Source of the DNA: Folioceros fuciformis
Taxonomy: Eukaryota
Reading direction: 5' to 3'
Length of the DNA stretch: 64,000 nt
Assembly: GCA_049999805.1 (NCBI GenBank)
Contig: JBNGIO010006237.1
Location: 42,852-106,851, forward strand
The position numbers were made by a program, and so were the translations under genes. Numbering within the stretch: position 1 is the first letter of the stretch; every line of letters starts with the position of its first letter. This document shows, in pieces, positions 63,964-64,000 of this stretch. The notes under the pieces were generated by a model. It made no database searches. It had not been told where the DNA came from and saw nothing but the letters and a program-made list of their open reading frames with translations.

Positions 63964-64000
63964 CTGTGAAGCAACAACAAAGACGGAACGCTTAGCCTAA

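Overview
Eukaryotic nuclear DNA from a land plant with flagellated sperm. Evidence: a CFAP157-like ciliary gene, a PLS/E/DYW-type PPR remnant, plant telomere motifs and compact genes with ~70-130 nt introns. A hornwort or lycophyte origin is an inference. The window alternates repeat islands (1-4.4 kb, 11.9-15 kb, 31.2-38.8 kb) with gene-dense blocks. The genes are a 2OG-Fe(II) dioxygenase, a CbbY-like HAD, CFAP157, ClpR3, choline monooxygenase, SCY1-like pseudokinase, SMO2, NSF, bS21-family protein, AGT2, plastid G6PD, PIG-S and tRNA-Arg(UCG). The most notable structure is a cluster of three non-autonomous DNA transposons at 11994-14922. They have TATGGAATAC...GTATTCCATA termini and 6-bp target-site duplications (IS3EU-like signature) and asymmetric conserved ends. 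One copy is nested in another, and each carries different GC-rich cargo, one a pfkB kinase gene fragment, so this looks like a Pack-type gene-capturing family. Also seen: a telomere-repeat insertion inside a copia RT, a ~2.1 kb putative LTR holding an antisense coding remnant, an RLE-type non-LTR retroelement remnant, an AT-AC (U12) intron in NSF and a GC-AG intron in SCY1. Gene calls rest on recalled motifs, not database searches, and most exon boundaries were not fully resolved.
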